Below, piece by piece: positions 44,077-53,770 of a DNA stretch of 64,000 nt. Below the pieces are notes generated by a model that was not told where the DNA came from, did not search any database, and saw only the letters and a program-made list of their open reading frames with translations. Each line of letters starts with the position of its first letter. Position 1 is the stretch's first letter. The DNA comes from Candidatus Krumholzibacteriota bacterium. Lineage in GTDB: Bacteria > Krumholzibacteriota > Krumholzibacteriia > JAJRXK01. The stretch spans positions 512,001 to 576,000 of the forward strand of contig CAVXTH010000006.1 of assembly GCA_963764625.1 (NCBI GenBank). Reading direction: 5' to 3'. The translations under genes and the position numbers were made by a program.

Positions 44077-44600
44077 GCGGCGAGGAAAACTCGCAGCCCA
44101 CCGATCTTGCGCCTCTGCTGTCGCCGCAGGAGCTGCCGGACTGGGCGGAGAGCCAGCGCCGGCGGGGTCATCGGATCGTCTTCACGAACGGTTGTTTCGA
44201 TCTTCTGCACCCGGGCCACATCCATTCTCTCAGCGAGGCGCGCGGTCTGGGAGACGTGCTTCTGGTGGGGCTCAACGACGATGCGAGCGTACGCGCGCTC
44301 AAGGGCGAGGGGAGGCCATTCTACGAGCAGGAGGCGCGGGCCCTCTTGCTGCGCGCCTTGCGCGCGGTTTCCGCGGTAACTATTTTCGCGGCCACAACTT
44401 CGCTCCCCACCATTCTCACGGTGCGGCCGGACGTTCTCGCCAAGGGCGGCGAGTATGAGCAAGAGGAAATCGTGGGCGGTAGCCAGGTGAAGAGCTGGGG
44501 TGGACAGGTCGTCCGACTCTCCATGGTTTCGGGTCTCTCGACCACGCAGATTCTGGCTCGCATGCGCGGGAAGACTTCTCGCGGAAAGGAAGAACTTTGA
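44073..44600 (+). CDS. rfaE2: Heptose-1-phosphate adenylyltransferase (HldE/RfaE domain II)
   Basis: FTNGCFDLLHPGH, GLNDDASVRALKG, KGGEY, STT. Confidence 0.93.
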   Translation: MSGEENSQPTDLAPLLSPQELPDWAESQRRRGHRIVFTNGCFDLLHPGHIHSLSEARGLGDVLLVGLNDDASVRALKGEGRPFYEQEARALLLRALRAVSAVTIFAATTSLPTILTVRPDVLAKGGEYEQEEIVGGSQVKSWGGQVVRLSMVSGLSTTQILARMRGKTSRGKEEL

Positions 44601-45736
44601 AGGTTCACGAGTATCAGGCGAAGGACATCTTCGTCGAACACGGACTTCCGGTTCCCAAAGGCAAAGTGGCCACTACCGTTGAACAGGCCGAGTCCATTGC
44701 AAAGGAAATCGGTGGGGCGGTCATGGTGAAGGCACAAGTCCACGTGGGTGGCAGAGGTAAGGCGGGGGGGGTGAAGTACGCGGAAAACGCGGCGAAGGCC
44801 AAGGAGTACGCGGCCGCCATCCTCGGGATGGACATCAAGGGTCTGAAAGTGGAGAAGGTTCTCATCACCGAAGCGGTGGACATCGACGAAGAATACTACG
44901 TGGGGCTTCTAATGGATCGTGCGAGCAAGCGTCCCATGTTCATCGTGTCCGCCGCCGGCGGCGTGGACATCGAGGAAGTGGCGGTGAGCGCTCCGGAGAA
45001 GATCCACACCCTGGTCGTCGACCCTCGCTACGGAGCGCAGCCCTACCAGGTTCGGGACCTGGCCTACGGTGTGACCACCGACCCCACCGTGGTGAAGGGC
45101 ATGACCAAGGCCCTCCTCACCCTGTACCAGGTCTACAAGGACAGCGATGCCTCGCTGGTGGAGATCAACCCCTTCGTGAAGAGCAAGGACGGAGCTGTCT
45201 GGGCGGTGGATGCCAAGCTCAACATCGACGACAGTGCTCTCTACCGTCAGAAACGCATCGCGGCCATGCGCGATCTCACCGAAGAAGATCGCAGCGAAGT
45301 CGAGGCAAAGGAAGCGGGACTGAGTTTCGTGAAGCTCGAGGGCAACGTGGGTTGCCTGGTCAACGGAGCCGGCCTGGCGATGGCGACGATGGATCTGGTG
45401 AAGTACTTCGGAGGGCAGCCGGCCAACTTCCTCGACATCGGCGGGTCCTCGAATCCGGAGAAAGTCGTCACCGCGATGAAAATCATTCTTCGCGACGAGA
45501 ACGTGAAGGCGATTCTCTTCAACATCTTCGGAGGGATCACGCGCTGCGATGACGTGGCGGCTGGGCTCTTGAAGGCGGTCGAAATTCTCGACGTTCCGGT
45601 TCCCATCGTGGTGAGGCTCACCGGAACCAACGAAGACAAGGCGAGGGAGATGCTGAAGGACAGCAAGCTGCATTCCGCCACGACGATGGATGAAGCAGTG
45701 CAATTGGCGCTTCAATTGGCAGGGGAGGGAAAGTAG
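44597..45736 (+). CDS. sucC: Succinyl-CoA ligase beta subunit
   Basis: [42 protein letters not shown]. Confidence 0.97.
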   Translation: MKVHEYQAKDIFVEHGLPVPKGKVATTVEQAESIAKEIGGAVMVKAQVHVGGRGKAGGVKYAENAAKAKEYAAAILGMDIKGLKVEKVLITEAVDIDEEYYVGLLMDRASKRPMFIVSAAGGVDIEEVAVSAPEKIHTLVVDPRYGAQPYQVRDLAYGVTTDPTVVKGMTKALLTLYQVYKDSDASLVEINPFVKSKDGAVWAVDAKLNIDDSALYRQKRIAAMRDLTEEDRSEVEAKEAGLSFVKLEGNVGCLVNGAGLAMATMDLVKYFGGQPANFLDIGGSSNPEKVVTAMKIILRDENVKAILFNIFGGITRCDDVAAGLLKAVEILDVPVPIVVRLTGTNEDKAREMLKDSKLHSATTMDEAVQLALQLAGEGK

Positions 45737-45738
45737 CA

Positions 45739-46638
45739 ATGAGCATCTTCGTCAACAAGGACACCAGGCTCGTGGTTCAGGGCATCACCGGACGCGACGG
45801 CTCGTTTCACACCAAGCAGATGATGGAGTATGGCACCGCGGTCGTGGCCGGCGTCACGCCGGGCAAGGGCGGCCAGCTCTTCGAGGACAAGGTTCCCATC
45901 TTCAACACGGTTCGCGAGGCGGTGGCCAAGACCAAGGCCAACACCAGCGTCATCTACGTCCCGGCGGCCTTCGCCACCGACGCCATCATGGAGGCGGTGG
46001 ACGCCGGCTGCGCGACGGTGGTGTGCATTTCCGAGGGCGTGCCCGTCAACGACATGGCGGTCATCTACGCCTACGTGAAGGAAGAGGGCGCGCGTCTGAT
46101 CGGACCCAATTGCCCCGGCCTTTTGAGCCCGGGGCAGGCCAAGGTCGGAATCCTACCGGCCCAGATCACGGCCGAGGGAAAGGTGGGGGTGGTGAGCCGC
46201 AGTGGCACCCTGACCTACGAGGTCGTGGATCAGCTCACGCGCAACGGGCTGGGCCAGAGCACCTGTATCGGGATCGGCGGCGATCCCATCGTCGGGACCG
46301 ACTTTCTGGATTGCCTGAAGGCCTTCGAGAAGGACTCCGATACCGAGGCAGTGGTGCTCATCGGCGAGATCGGTGGCGACGACGAGGAGAAGGCGGCCGA
46401 GTACATCCAGAAGCACATGAGCAAGCCGGTGGTCGCCTTCATCGCCGGGCGTACCGCGCCACCGGGCAAGCGCATGGGCCACGCCGGCGCCATTGTGAGC
46501 GGGGGCAAGGGCACCGCGGAAAGCAAGGTGGCTGCCTTCGAGGCGGCGGGGGTGAGAGTCGCGGACAAGCCCAGCGATCTGGTGCCCCTTCTGGCGGAGA
46601 GTTATCCGCCGGCCAAGGCCGCGCTCTCGGCCCGGTAG
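45739..46638 (+). CDS. sucD: Succinyl-CoA ligase alpha subunit
   Basis: [27 protein letters not shown]. Confidence 0.97.
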   Translation: MSIFVNKDTRLVVQGITGRDGSFHTKQMMEYGTAVVAGVTPGKGGQLFEDKVPIFNTVREAVAKTKANTSVIYVPAAFATDAIMEAVDAGCATVVCISEGVPVNDMAVIYAYVKEEGARLIGPNCPGLLSPGQAKVGILPAQITAEGKVGVVSRSGTLTYEVVDQLTRNGLGQSTCIGIGGDPIVGTDFLDCLKAFEKDSDTEAVVLIGEIGGDDEEKAAEYIQKHMSKPVVAFIAGRTAPPGKRMGHAGAIVSGGKGTAESKVAAFEAAGVRVADKPSDLVPLLAESYPPAKAALSAR

Positions 46639-46673
46639 ACCACTGGCGGTTACGAGCATTTTCGCTGATTCTG

Positions 46674-46697
46674 GGGGCTCCCGCGCGCGGGAGCCCC
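46674..46697. repeat. Perfect 24-bp GC-rich palindrome/hairpin between sucD and ndk
   Basis: GGGGCTCCCGCG|CGCGGGAGCCCC. Confidence 0.7.
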
Positions 46698-46719
46698 TGT
46701 CGCAGAAAAGGGAGAGGCA

Positions 46720-47127
46720 GTGCAGAACACCTACATGATGATCAAGCCCGAGGCGGTCGCGGCCGGACAGGTGGGGCGCATTCTGGCCCTGGCCGAGACC
46801 AATGGCTTCACACTCTTGGCAATCAAGAGCTTCACCATGGATCGCGCCCTGGCCCAGGAGTTCTACGCAGTGCATCGCGAGCGGCCGTTCTTCGCCGATC
46901 TGGTGCAGTATATCTGCTCCGGCCCGGTGGTGGGAGTCCACTGCCGGCGCGAGGACGCGGTCTCTCGCATGCGGGAATTGGTGGGTGCGACCGACCCCGC
47001 GGAGGCGAAATGCGGCACCATTCGCTTTCTTTTCGGCACAGATCTGTCCCACAATGCGGTCCACGCCTCCGATTCGCCTGAGAACGCCCAGCTGGAGCTG
47101 GGGCTCATCTTCGGCGGATCTCTTTGA
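46720..47127 (+). CDS. ndk: Nucleoside diphosphate kinase
   Basis: IKPEAV, FYAVH..RPFF, GTIR, NAVHASDS. Confidence 0.95.
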   Translation: MQNTYMMIKPEAVAAGQVGRILALAETNGFTLLAIKSFTMDRALAQEFYAVHRERPFFADLVQYICSGPVVGVHCRREDAVSRMRELVGATDPAEAKCGTIRFLFGTDLSHNAVHASDSPENAQLELGLIFGGSL

Positions 47128-47151
47128 CAATGGGACGGGAACGATTACTCT
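47124..47151 (+). promoter_or_regulatory. Sigma-70 promoter of the yceD-rpmF-plsX-fab operon
   Basis: TTGACA-N16-TACTCT, overlapping the ndk stop codon. Confidence 0.5.
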
Positions 47152-47163
47152 AGGAGCCCTGGT

Positions 47164-47691
47164 TTGAGCGCGGTAGAGCTGAATCTGGACCGTCTGGAGC
47201 GGGGCCGCTCCGCTCTCTCCTTCGACACCGAGCTCGTGCGCGAGCCCCTCGATGACGAGGAAGCGGCGTCCAGCGTGTTGGTGGGGGGAGAGCTCCCGGT
47301 AGACGACATGGACCAGAGAATTCTGGTGCATGGCACGTTCGCGGTGCGCCAAGGCGCGCAATGCGACCGTTGCAATCGCGAGTTCGAGCTTGTGACGCAG
47401 GCCGAACTCGAGGTGATGATCCTGAGGAACCCTTCACGCGGAGACGAAGTGGAGGATGCGCGGGACGCGTGGGTGATTCACCAGCAAGGGGGAATCGTCT
47501 CCTTGGACAGGGCTTTGCTCGAGGCGGTGAGCCTGGCGGAGCCACAGAAGTTTTTGTGTCGCGACGACTGCAAGGGACTGTGTCCCAACTGCGGCGCGGA
47601 TTGGAACGAGAAAAGCTGCGAGTGCACCCAGGATGAATTCGATTCCCGCTGGGCCGCCCTCGAGAAGCTGAGAGAAAAGGACCCGAGCTAG
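47164..47691 (+). CDS. yceD: DUF177/YceD family protein
   Basis: CDRC, LCRDDCKGLCPNCG, DSRWAAL. Upstream of rpmF. Confidence 0.9.
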   Translation: MSAVELNLDRLERGRSALSFDTELVREPLDDEEAASSVLVGGELPVDDMDQRILVHGTFAVRQGAQCDRCNREFELVTQAELEVMILRNPSRGDEVEDARDAWVIHQQGGIVSLDRALLEAVSLAEPQKFLCRDDCKGLCPNCGADWNEKSCECTQDEFDSRWAALEKLREKDPS

Positions 47692-47714
47692 GGTCCCTTT
47701 TCGAGGGAGGAATC

Positions 47715-47894
47715 ATGGCGGTACCCAAGAGGAGAACTTCGAAAGCGCGCAAGCGCAAGCGCCGGACCCATTACCTCGTGGTCGCGGCCAATCTGGACCG
47801 TTGCCCGCATTGTGGAGCCGCCCGGATGAGTCATCGGGTGTGTAAGGAATGCGGTCACTACGGTACGGAGCAGGTCATGCAGAGCAGCGAGTGA
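47715..47894 (+). CDS. rpmF: 50S ribosomal protein L32 (59 aa, Zn-binding form; missing from the ORF track)
   Basis: Hand translation MAVPKRRTSKARKRKRRTH..CPHC..HRVCKECGHY. GGAGG RBS. Confidence 0.97.
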   Translation: MAVPKRRTSKARKRKRRTHYLVVAANLDRCPHCGAARMSHRVCKECGHYGTEQVMQSSE

Positions 47895-48991
47895 CGTCCA
47901 GGATTCCGGTGGACTCCTATCCCGAACAACAAATTGCAGTGGACGCCATGGGGGGGGACTTCGGTCCCGAAGTGGTGGTCCAAGGGGCGTTACGCGCTCT
48001 TCCCCGTCTCGGGGACGGAGCGCGTCTCGTTTTTTTCGGGGACCACGACTCGGTGATGCGCGAAATCCGCAAGACGGGCGCGCGCCCGAGCTCGGTACGC
48101 GTCGTCCACGCCCCCGAGTCGATCGAGATGCACGAATCACCGGCCGCGGCGGTTCGGAAGAAGCGAGACTCCTCCATCGTCAGCGCTGCGAAGGCAATGA
48201 GCGAAGGGCGAGCCGACGCCTTCGTGTCGGCGGGCAGCACCGGCGCGGTCGTGGCGGCAAACCTTCTCTACGTGGGCCGGTTGCCCGGCGTCCTCAGGCC
48301 CGGTATCGCTACCTATTGTCCCACCCGGAAGGGCACCGCGCTGTTCATCGACGTGGGCGCGAATGCCGATTGCAAACCCCAGCATCTGGTCCAGTTTGCG
48401 GCCATGGGCCGCATCTACTCGGAAAAAGTCTTAGGAGTAGCAAGCCCTCGCGTCGGCCTTTTGAACATTGGTGAGGAGGACTCCAAGGGCAATGAGCTCT
48501 GCCAGGCCGCGCACAAGCTCCTGGTGCAGCACGAATCGAACTTTATCGGCAACGTGGAAAGTTCGGCAGTGTTTGCCGGCAAAGCCGACGTCATCGTGAC
48601 CGACGGTTTCGTGGGAAACATCCTTCTGAAGTCGGTCGAGGGATTCGCCGGCTTTCTCATGGGCACCATCAAGCACGAAATCATGCAGAGCATCCGCGCC
48701 CGAGTGGGAGGATGGATGCTGAAGCGTCGCCTTCGAAGCATCTTCGAAGGATTCGACTACGTGCAGTACGGCGGTGCGCCCCTTTTGGGCTGCAAGGGAA
48801 TCAGCATCATCTGCCACGGGAAGAGCAACGAAGAGGCAATCGCCAACGCGGTCGTCTTTGCGAGCCGGGCGGTTCGGGAGAATTTGGACGAACTCATCCG
48901 CGCCGAGGTGGAGGGTGAGGGATTCGACGAGGGCCCGAACGGAGAAAGCGGGGAGAGGGACAGAGAAAGCCGGGAGGAAAGTCCGGGATGA
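47891..48991 (+). CDS. plsX: Phosphate acyltransferase PlsX
   Basis: IAVDAMGGD, SAGSTGA, DVGAN, LLNIGEE..KG, TDGFVGN, HGKS. Confidence 0.95.
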   Translation: MTSRIPVDSYPEQQIAVDAMGGDFGPEVVVQGALRALPRLGDGARLVFFGDHDSVMREIRKTGARPSSVRVVHAPESIEMHESPAAAVRKKRDSSIVSAAKAMSEGRADAFVSAGSTGAVVAANLLYVGRLPGVLRPGIATYCPTRKGTALFIDVGANADCKPQHLVQFAAMGRIYSEKVLGVASPRVGLLNIGEEDSKGNELCQAAHKLLVQHESNFIGNVESSAVFAGKADVIVTDGFVGNILLKSVEGFAGFLMGTIKHEIMQSIRARVGGWMLKRRLRSIFEGFDYVQYGGAPLLGCKGISIICHGKSNEEAIANAVVFASRAVRENLDELIRAEVEGEGFDEGPNGESGERDRESREESPG

Positions 48992-49941
48992 GTCGCGCTT
49001 TCGGTTCTCTGTTTCCAGGGCAAGCCAGTCAATCCGTCGGCATGGGGAAGGACCTGGTCGACGCCTACCCGGAGGCGCGTGGAGTTTTCGAGCGCGCGGA
49101 CGAGGCTCTGGGATTTTCCTTGAGCACTTTGTGTTTCGAAGGACCCATGGAGGAGCTGACACAAACACGGAACGCCCAGCCCGCGATTCTCACCCACAGT
49201 CTGGCGATCCACGCGGTGCTTCAGTCGAGAGCCGATTTCCAACCACTACTGGCCGCGGGGCATTCGCTGGGTGAGATCAGCGCGGCCGCGGCGGCCGGAT
49301 CGTTCTCCCTGGAGAACGCGGTGCGCGTCGTCCGCGCCCGCGGAGAGTTGATGTGGGAAGCGGGCCAACGGCAAGCAGGTACCATGGCGGCGGTGGTTGG
49401 GCTCGAGCGCGACGCGGTGGATGCGGTCTGCCACGAGCACAGCCAGAAAGGACACGGGGTCGTCGTCGTCGCCAACCTCAATAGTCCAGGCCAGCTCGTC
49501 ATATCGGGAGATCTCGAGGCCGTTCGCTCCGTGGCGTATCCGCTGAAAGAGGCGGGCGCGCGCCGGGTCTTGCCGCTGAAAGTGAGTGGCGCGTTCCATT
49601 CTCCCCTCATGGAATGCGTACAGTCGGAGTTCGCCAAAGTCCTGGAAACGGCGGAGGTGGCCGATCCCGCCTACGGGATCGTGTCCAACGTGAGCGCAGA
49701 GCCACAGCTCAGCGGCGCGGATCTCGCTCGTGGATTGGTGGAGCAACTCGTGTCGCCCGTGCGCTGGCACGAATCAGTGGCGCGCATGATCAAGAGTGGA
49801 GTGTCGACTTTTTTGGAGCTCGGACCGGGAAACGTCCTCACGAATTTGGGGGGACGGGATTTCAAGGACGCGGAATTCGTGCCGAGTTCGAGCCGAGAGG
49901 GAGTGGAAAAAATGCTTGCCACTCTTCAAGGGAGCATGTAA
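48988..49941 (+). CDS. fabD: Malonyl-CoA:ACP transacylase
   Basis: FPGQ, AQPAI, GHSLGE, SGAFHS, PVRW. Confidence 0.96.
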   Translation: MSRAFGSLFPGQASQSVGMGKDLVDAYPEARGVFERADEALGFSLSTLCFEGPMEELTQTRNAQPAILTHSLAIHAVLQSRADFQPLLAAGHSLGEISAAAAAGSFSLENAVRVVRARGELMWEAGQRQAGTMAAVVGLERDAVDAVCHEHSQKGHGVVVVANLNSPGQLVISGDLEAVRSVAYPLKEAGARRVLPLKVSGAFHSPLMECVQSEFAKVLETAEVADPAYGIVSNVSAEPQLSGADLARGLVEQLVSPVRWHESVARMIKSGVSTFLELGPGNVLTNLGGRDFKDAEFVPSSSREGVEKMLATLQGSM

Positions 49942-49953
49942 CGATGGCCACGC

Positions 49954-49978
49954 TCCCTCCCCCGCTTGGGGGAGGGAT
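49954..49978 (+). terminator. Hairpin between fabD and fabG
   Basis: TCCCTCCCCC-GCTT-GGGGGAGGGA, with no U-tract. Confidence 0.45.
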
Positions 49979-50013
49979 AGCCTATATCAGGTCAACAGCT
50001 TAGAGGATTTCAG

Positions 50014-50763
50014 GTGTCTGTGGACCGGGCTCTGGGAGTCGCTCTCGTCACGGGAGCTAGCCAAGGAATCGGACGGGCGATCGCGAGCCGTCTCGCACGC
50101 GATGGATTCAATCTCGCCCTGGTCGCGCGCCGAGCCGAGGTTTTGTCGGAGTTCGCGGACTCCCTGCGCGGCGAAGGGGCTTCGGCCGAAGCCTTCGCAT
50201 GCGACGTCACGGATGAGACAGCGGTCGCCGAGACCGTGCAGGCGATTCTCGAGCGCATGGGGACGATCGATGCCGCGGTGAACAACGCGGGGATCGCCCG
50301 AGATGCGCTCCTGGTCAGGATGAAGGCCGAGCAGTGGTCAGAGGTCATGCGGACCAACTTGGATGGGTGTTATCATTTCGTGCGCCATGTGGCGCCGGTC
50401 ATGTTGAAGGCCCGCAAAGGCCGAATCGTGAACATCAGTTCGGTGATCGGCCAGATGGGAAACGCCGGTCAGGTCAACTATGCCGCCAGCAAAGCAGGGA
50501 TCATCGGGCTGACACTGGCGACCGCCCGGGAACTCGCGGGACGGGGAATCACCGTCAACGCGGTCGCTCCCGGTTTCATCGAGACCGCCATGACTCAGGA
50601 GCTTCCCGAGAGCGCGGTGAAAGATCTTCAAGCGAAGATCCCACTGCGCCGGCTCGGGCGACCCGAAGACGTGGCGGCGCTCGTTTCGTTCCTGCTGTCA
50701 GAGGATGCGTCCTACATCACCGGACAGGTCCTCAACTGCGATGGTGGGATGGTGATGGGGTGA
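50014..50763 (+). CDS. fabG: 3-oxoacyl-ACP reductase
   Basis: TGASQGIG, NNAGI, YAASK, PGFIET. Confidence 0.95.
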   Translation: MSVDRALGVALVTGASQGIGRAIASRLARDGFNLALVARRAEVLSEFADSLRGEGASAEAFACDVTDETAVAETVQAILERMGTIDAAVNNAGIARDALLVRMKAEQWSEVMRTNLDGCYHFVRHVAPVMLKARKGRIVNISSVIGQMGNAGQVNYAASKAGIIGLTLATARELAGRGITVNAVAPGFIETAMTQELPESAVKDLQAKIPLRRLGRPEDVAALVSFLLSEDASYITGQVLNCDGGMVMG

Positions 50764-50846
50764 ACGTTTCCCCGGAGCGCGCCGTCAGCGCGCTGGATGT
50801 ATCACAGGATCCGCCCCAAACGGCGGCCATTCGGAGGTAGATAAGC

Positions 50847-51092
50847 GTGGCTGTTGAAAACATCGAAGCCGAAGTCAAAAAGATCATCGAGGAGAAACTC
50901 GGCGTGAACGCGGAGCAAATCACGGACGAGGCCTCCTTCATCGATGATCTCGGGGCCGATTCACTCGACCAGGTCGAATTGGTCATGGATTTCGAGGACA
51001 AGTTCGAGATCGACATCCCCGACGAGGACGCGGAGAAGATGCGGACGGTCGGAGAGGCGGTCTCCTATCTAACGGAGCGAATCGGGTCCTGA
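50847..51092 (+). CDS. acpP: Acyl carrier protein
   Basis: [13 protein letters not shown]; acidic. Confidence 0.97.
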   Translation: MAVENIEAEVKKIIEEKLGVNAEQITDEASFIDDLGADSLDQVELVMDFEDKFEIDIPDEDAEKMRTVGEAVSYLTERIGS

Positions 51093-51130
51093 GGGAAAAC
51101 CCCGGTCCTGTATCGAGGAAGGATACCGCA

Positions 51131-52369
51131 GTGAAGGGACGACGTGTCGTCATCACTGGTTGCGGGGCCATCTCGCCGGTGGGCATCGGTGTGAGTGAAA
51201 CCTGGGAAAAGCTCCTGGACGGTGTGCCAGGGGGAGGCCCGATCACGATCTTCGACGCCAGCGACCAGAGCGTGCGCCTGGCGGCAGAGGTCAAGAACTG
51301 GGATCCCAGTCTGTACTTCGAGCCCAAAGACGCCCGAAAGATGGACCGATTCACCCAGTTCGGGGTGGCGGCAGCCGCCGAAGCGATCGAAAACAGCGGA
51401 CTGATCGTCGACGATCCCTCGCGCGTGGGCGCCATCATCGGCAGCGGTATCGGCGGGATGATCATCTACGAGAAGCAGCACGAGGCGCTGCTCAGAGGTG
51501 GACCTCGCCGGGTCTCTCCCTTCTTCATTCCCATGATGATCGGTGACATGGTGGCGGGCCTCGTCTCCATTCGTCACGGACTCAAGGGACCGAATTACTG
51601 CACGGTATCCGCCTGTGCCTCAGGTGCGAACGCCATCGTGGATGCGGCCATGCTGATTGGGACCGGCACTGCGGACGCGATGGTCTGCGGCGGTAGTGAA
51701 GCGACCATCACCAGCATGGCAGTCGCGGGCTTTTCCAACATGAAGGCGCTTTCCAGCCGTAACGACACTCCGGGCAGCGCTTCTCGCCCCTTCGATAGAA
51801 CTCGCGATGGATTCGTCATCGGTGAAGGTGCGGGAATCGTCGTGCTGGAAGAAGCCGAAAGAGCCAAGGCAAGGGGCGCTGAGATCATTGCCGAAGTGGT
51901 GGGATGGGGGCTGAGCGCCGACGCTTACCACATGACAGCGCCCGCTCCGGACGGCAGCGGGGCTGCGAGCGCGATGCGGCAGGCCCTGCAGAGCGCGGAA
52001 CTCGATCCCACTGCGATCGACTACATCAATGCTCACGGCACTTCGACGCCACTGAACGACCGGATCGAGGTCCATGCCGTGAAAGAAGTCTTCAAGGACC
52101 ACGCCTACAAATTGAAAATGGGTTCGACGAAATCGATGACCGGTCACTTACTGGGTGCGGCGGGCGGCCTCGAGGCGGTCATCTCCGCGTTGGCCATTCA
52201 GAACGGACGAATCCCGCCCACGATCAATCTGAAAGAACCAGATCCGGATTGCGATCTCGATCACGTCAGCGATGGCCCGGTGGAAATGGACGTGCGGCAC
52301 GTGCTGAGCAACAGTTTCGGTTTTGGTGGGCACAATGTCGCCCTGATCCTGAGCCGCTTTCAGAACTAG
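51131..52369 (+). CDS. fabF: Beta-ketoacyl-ACP synthase II
   Basis: SACASG, NAHGTST, TGHLLGAAG, SFGFGG. Confidence 0.97.
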   Translation: MKGRRVVITGCGAISPVGIGVSETWEKLLDGVPGGGPITIFDASDQSVRLAAEVKNWDPSLYFEPKDARKMDRFTQFGVAAAAEAIENSGLIVDDPSRVGAIIGSGIGGMIIYEKQHEALLRGGPRRVSPFFIPMMIGDMVAGLVSIRHGLKGPNYCTVSACASGANAIVDAAMLIGTGTADAMVCGGSEATITSMAVAGFSNMKALSSRNDTPGSASRPFDRTRDGFVIGEGAGIVVLEEAERAKARGAEIIAEVVGWGLSADAYHMTAPAPDGSGAASAMRQALQSAELDPTAIDYINAHGTSTPLNDRIEVHAVKEVFKDHAYKLKMGSTKSMTGHLLGAAGGLEAVISALAIQNGRIPPTINLKEPDPDCDLDHVSDGPVEMDVRHVLSNSFGFGGHNVALILSRFQN

Positions 52370-52387
52370 TCGAAAGGAAGGAGTGCG

Positions 52388-53206
52388 ATGGGGAGCAGAG
52401 CGGCCTCGTGGTTTCGCGGCCTCTGGTCTCGTCTGGGCATCCCTCTCTTCCGGTCGGGGTCGAGCGACCAACTCGCTCCCGGACAGGCGCTGCTCGAGCG
52501 GAAGATCGGCTATCACTTCCGCGATCCCAGTCTGCTCTCCAAGGCTCTGACCCACCGCAGTTACGTTCACGTGATGGGCCAGACCCGGATCGAAAGCAAT
52601 GAACGCTTCGAATTCCTTGGGGACGCGGTCCTGGGATTGGTGGTCAACGAGTATCTCTGTCGCCGTTTCCTCATGAAGGAGGAGGGCGATCTCACCAAGA
52701 TCAAGTCTCTCCTGGTCTGTGGGCCTACCCTCACCAAGATCGCCGAGCGTCTCGGGTTGGGGGAGCATCTTCTTCTCTCTCGAAGTGAGGAGAGCACCGG
52801 CGGACGGCACCGCGATTCCATCCTGGCAGATGCGATGGAGGCGGTGCTGGGATCGATCTACCTCGATGGAGGTCTTGCTCCCGCGGCCCGAGTGGTGCAC
52901 GACCAGGTCCTGGTAAACGTGAACGACACCATCCATGAGCGTACCGGGCGAAACTACAAGAGTCTGCTCCAGGAGACCCTGCAGGCGCAGTACAAGATGG
53001 CGCCCCGCTACCGGATCTCTACCACGAGCGGTCCGGACCACGCGCGTCGCTTCACGGTCAAGGTGAGTCTGAAGGGAGCAGTGCTCGGCGTGGGTTCGGG
53101 TAATTCCAAGAAACAGGCCGAGCAGCGTGCGGCCGAGATCGCCCTGACCCGCCTGGACGAACTTCAGGGAGTTTTGGACTCTCCTCTCCGGAACGAGGAG
53201 AACTAG
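52388..53206 (+). CDS. rnc: Ribonuclease III
   Basis: NERFEFLGDAVL, ADAMEAVLGSIYLD, C-terminal dsRBD. Confidence 0.96.
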   Translation: MGSRAASWFRGLWSRLGIPLFRSGSSDQLAPGQALLERKIGYHFRDPSLLSKALTHRSYVHVMGQTRIESNERFEFLGDAVLGLVVNEYLCRRFLMKEEGDLTKIKSLLVCGPTLTKIAERLGLGEHLLLSRSEESTGGRHRDSILADAMEAVLGSIYLDGGLAPAARVVHDQVLVNVNDTIHERTGRNYKSLLQETLQAQYKMAPRYRISTTSGPDHARRFTVKVSLKGAVLGVGSGNSKKQAEQRAAEIALTRLDELQGVLDSPLRNEEN

Positions 53207-53210
53207 GCGC

Positions 53211-53226
53211 TGGCACGGCCCGTGCT
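53211..53226 (+). promoter_or_regulatory. Sigma-54 -24/-12 element upstream of the Cys-rich ORF
   Basis: TGGCACGGCCCGTGCT, GG-N10-GC, starting 5 nt after the rnc stop. Confidence 0.65.
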
Positions 53227-53262
53227 GCGTCCCAAGACGGAGAAGTCCCGGAAAGAGTTCAG

Positions 53263-53751
53263 ATGCATAAACCGACAAAACCACCTGTAAACACACAGTT
53301 TACGCATGGCGCGCCCTACGACGCGCTGTGCGACGTGTGCTCTTTGCCCTGTGGATTCGACGCCTGCGGAGAGACCTGCCACCGGCGCCACTTTCTGATC
53401 GGGGCTCTCCAGTGCTCCTACTTCTTCCGCGGCTACTGCTTCCTGGTGGACATCGATGGCTGTGCGTTCGATAACGGCGCCAAGACCGAAACCTACTGGC
53501 TCGGCCTGATTCGCGATTACGTACACAACCTCAAGGGGCAGGAAGAGGACGAGGGATTCCGGAAGGCCAAGGAACAGTCGATTCGCTATCTTGAGGAACA
53601 AATCGAGCTTAAGAACGTGTATCTCTGTCGCTATCTCGAAGAGCAGTACGACCTGGCTCTTCAGAGCGGGGGGAGCGCGAGCGAAGAAGACCTGGGCCAT
53701 CTTGACGCTGCCTATGAGCAGCTGATGAGCGGCGCCAAACGGAAGCCGTAG
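53263..53751 (+). CDS. Hypothetical Cys-rich protein (possible Zn or Fe-S binding)
   Basis: 162 aa, fills the gap on the coding strand, GC-rich third codon positions. C23,26,30,35,39,51,59,67,122. No family recognised. Confidence 0.75.
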   Translation: MHKPTKPPVNTQFTHGAPYDALCDVCSLPCGFDACGETCHRRHFLIGALQCSYFFRGYCFLVDIDGCAFDNGAKTETYWLGLIRDYVHNLKGQEEDEGFRKAKEQSIRYLEEQIELKNVYLCRYLEEQYDLALQSGGSASEEDLGHLDAAYEQLMSGAKRKP

Positions 53752-53770
53752 GAACCCGAGAGCCTCTATT

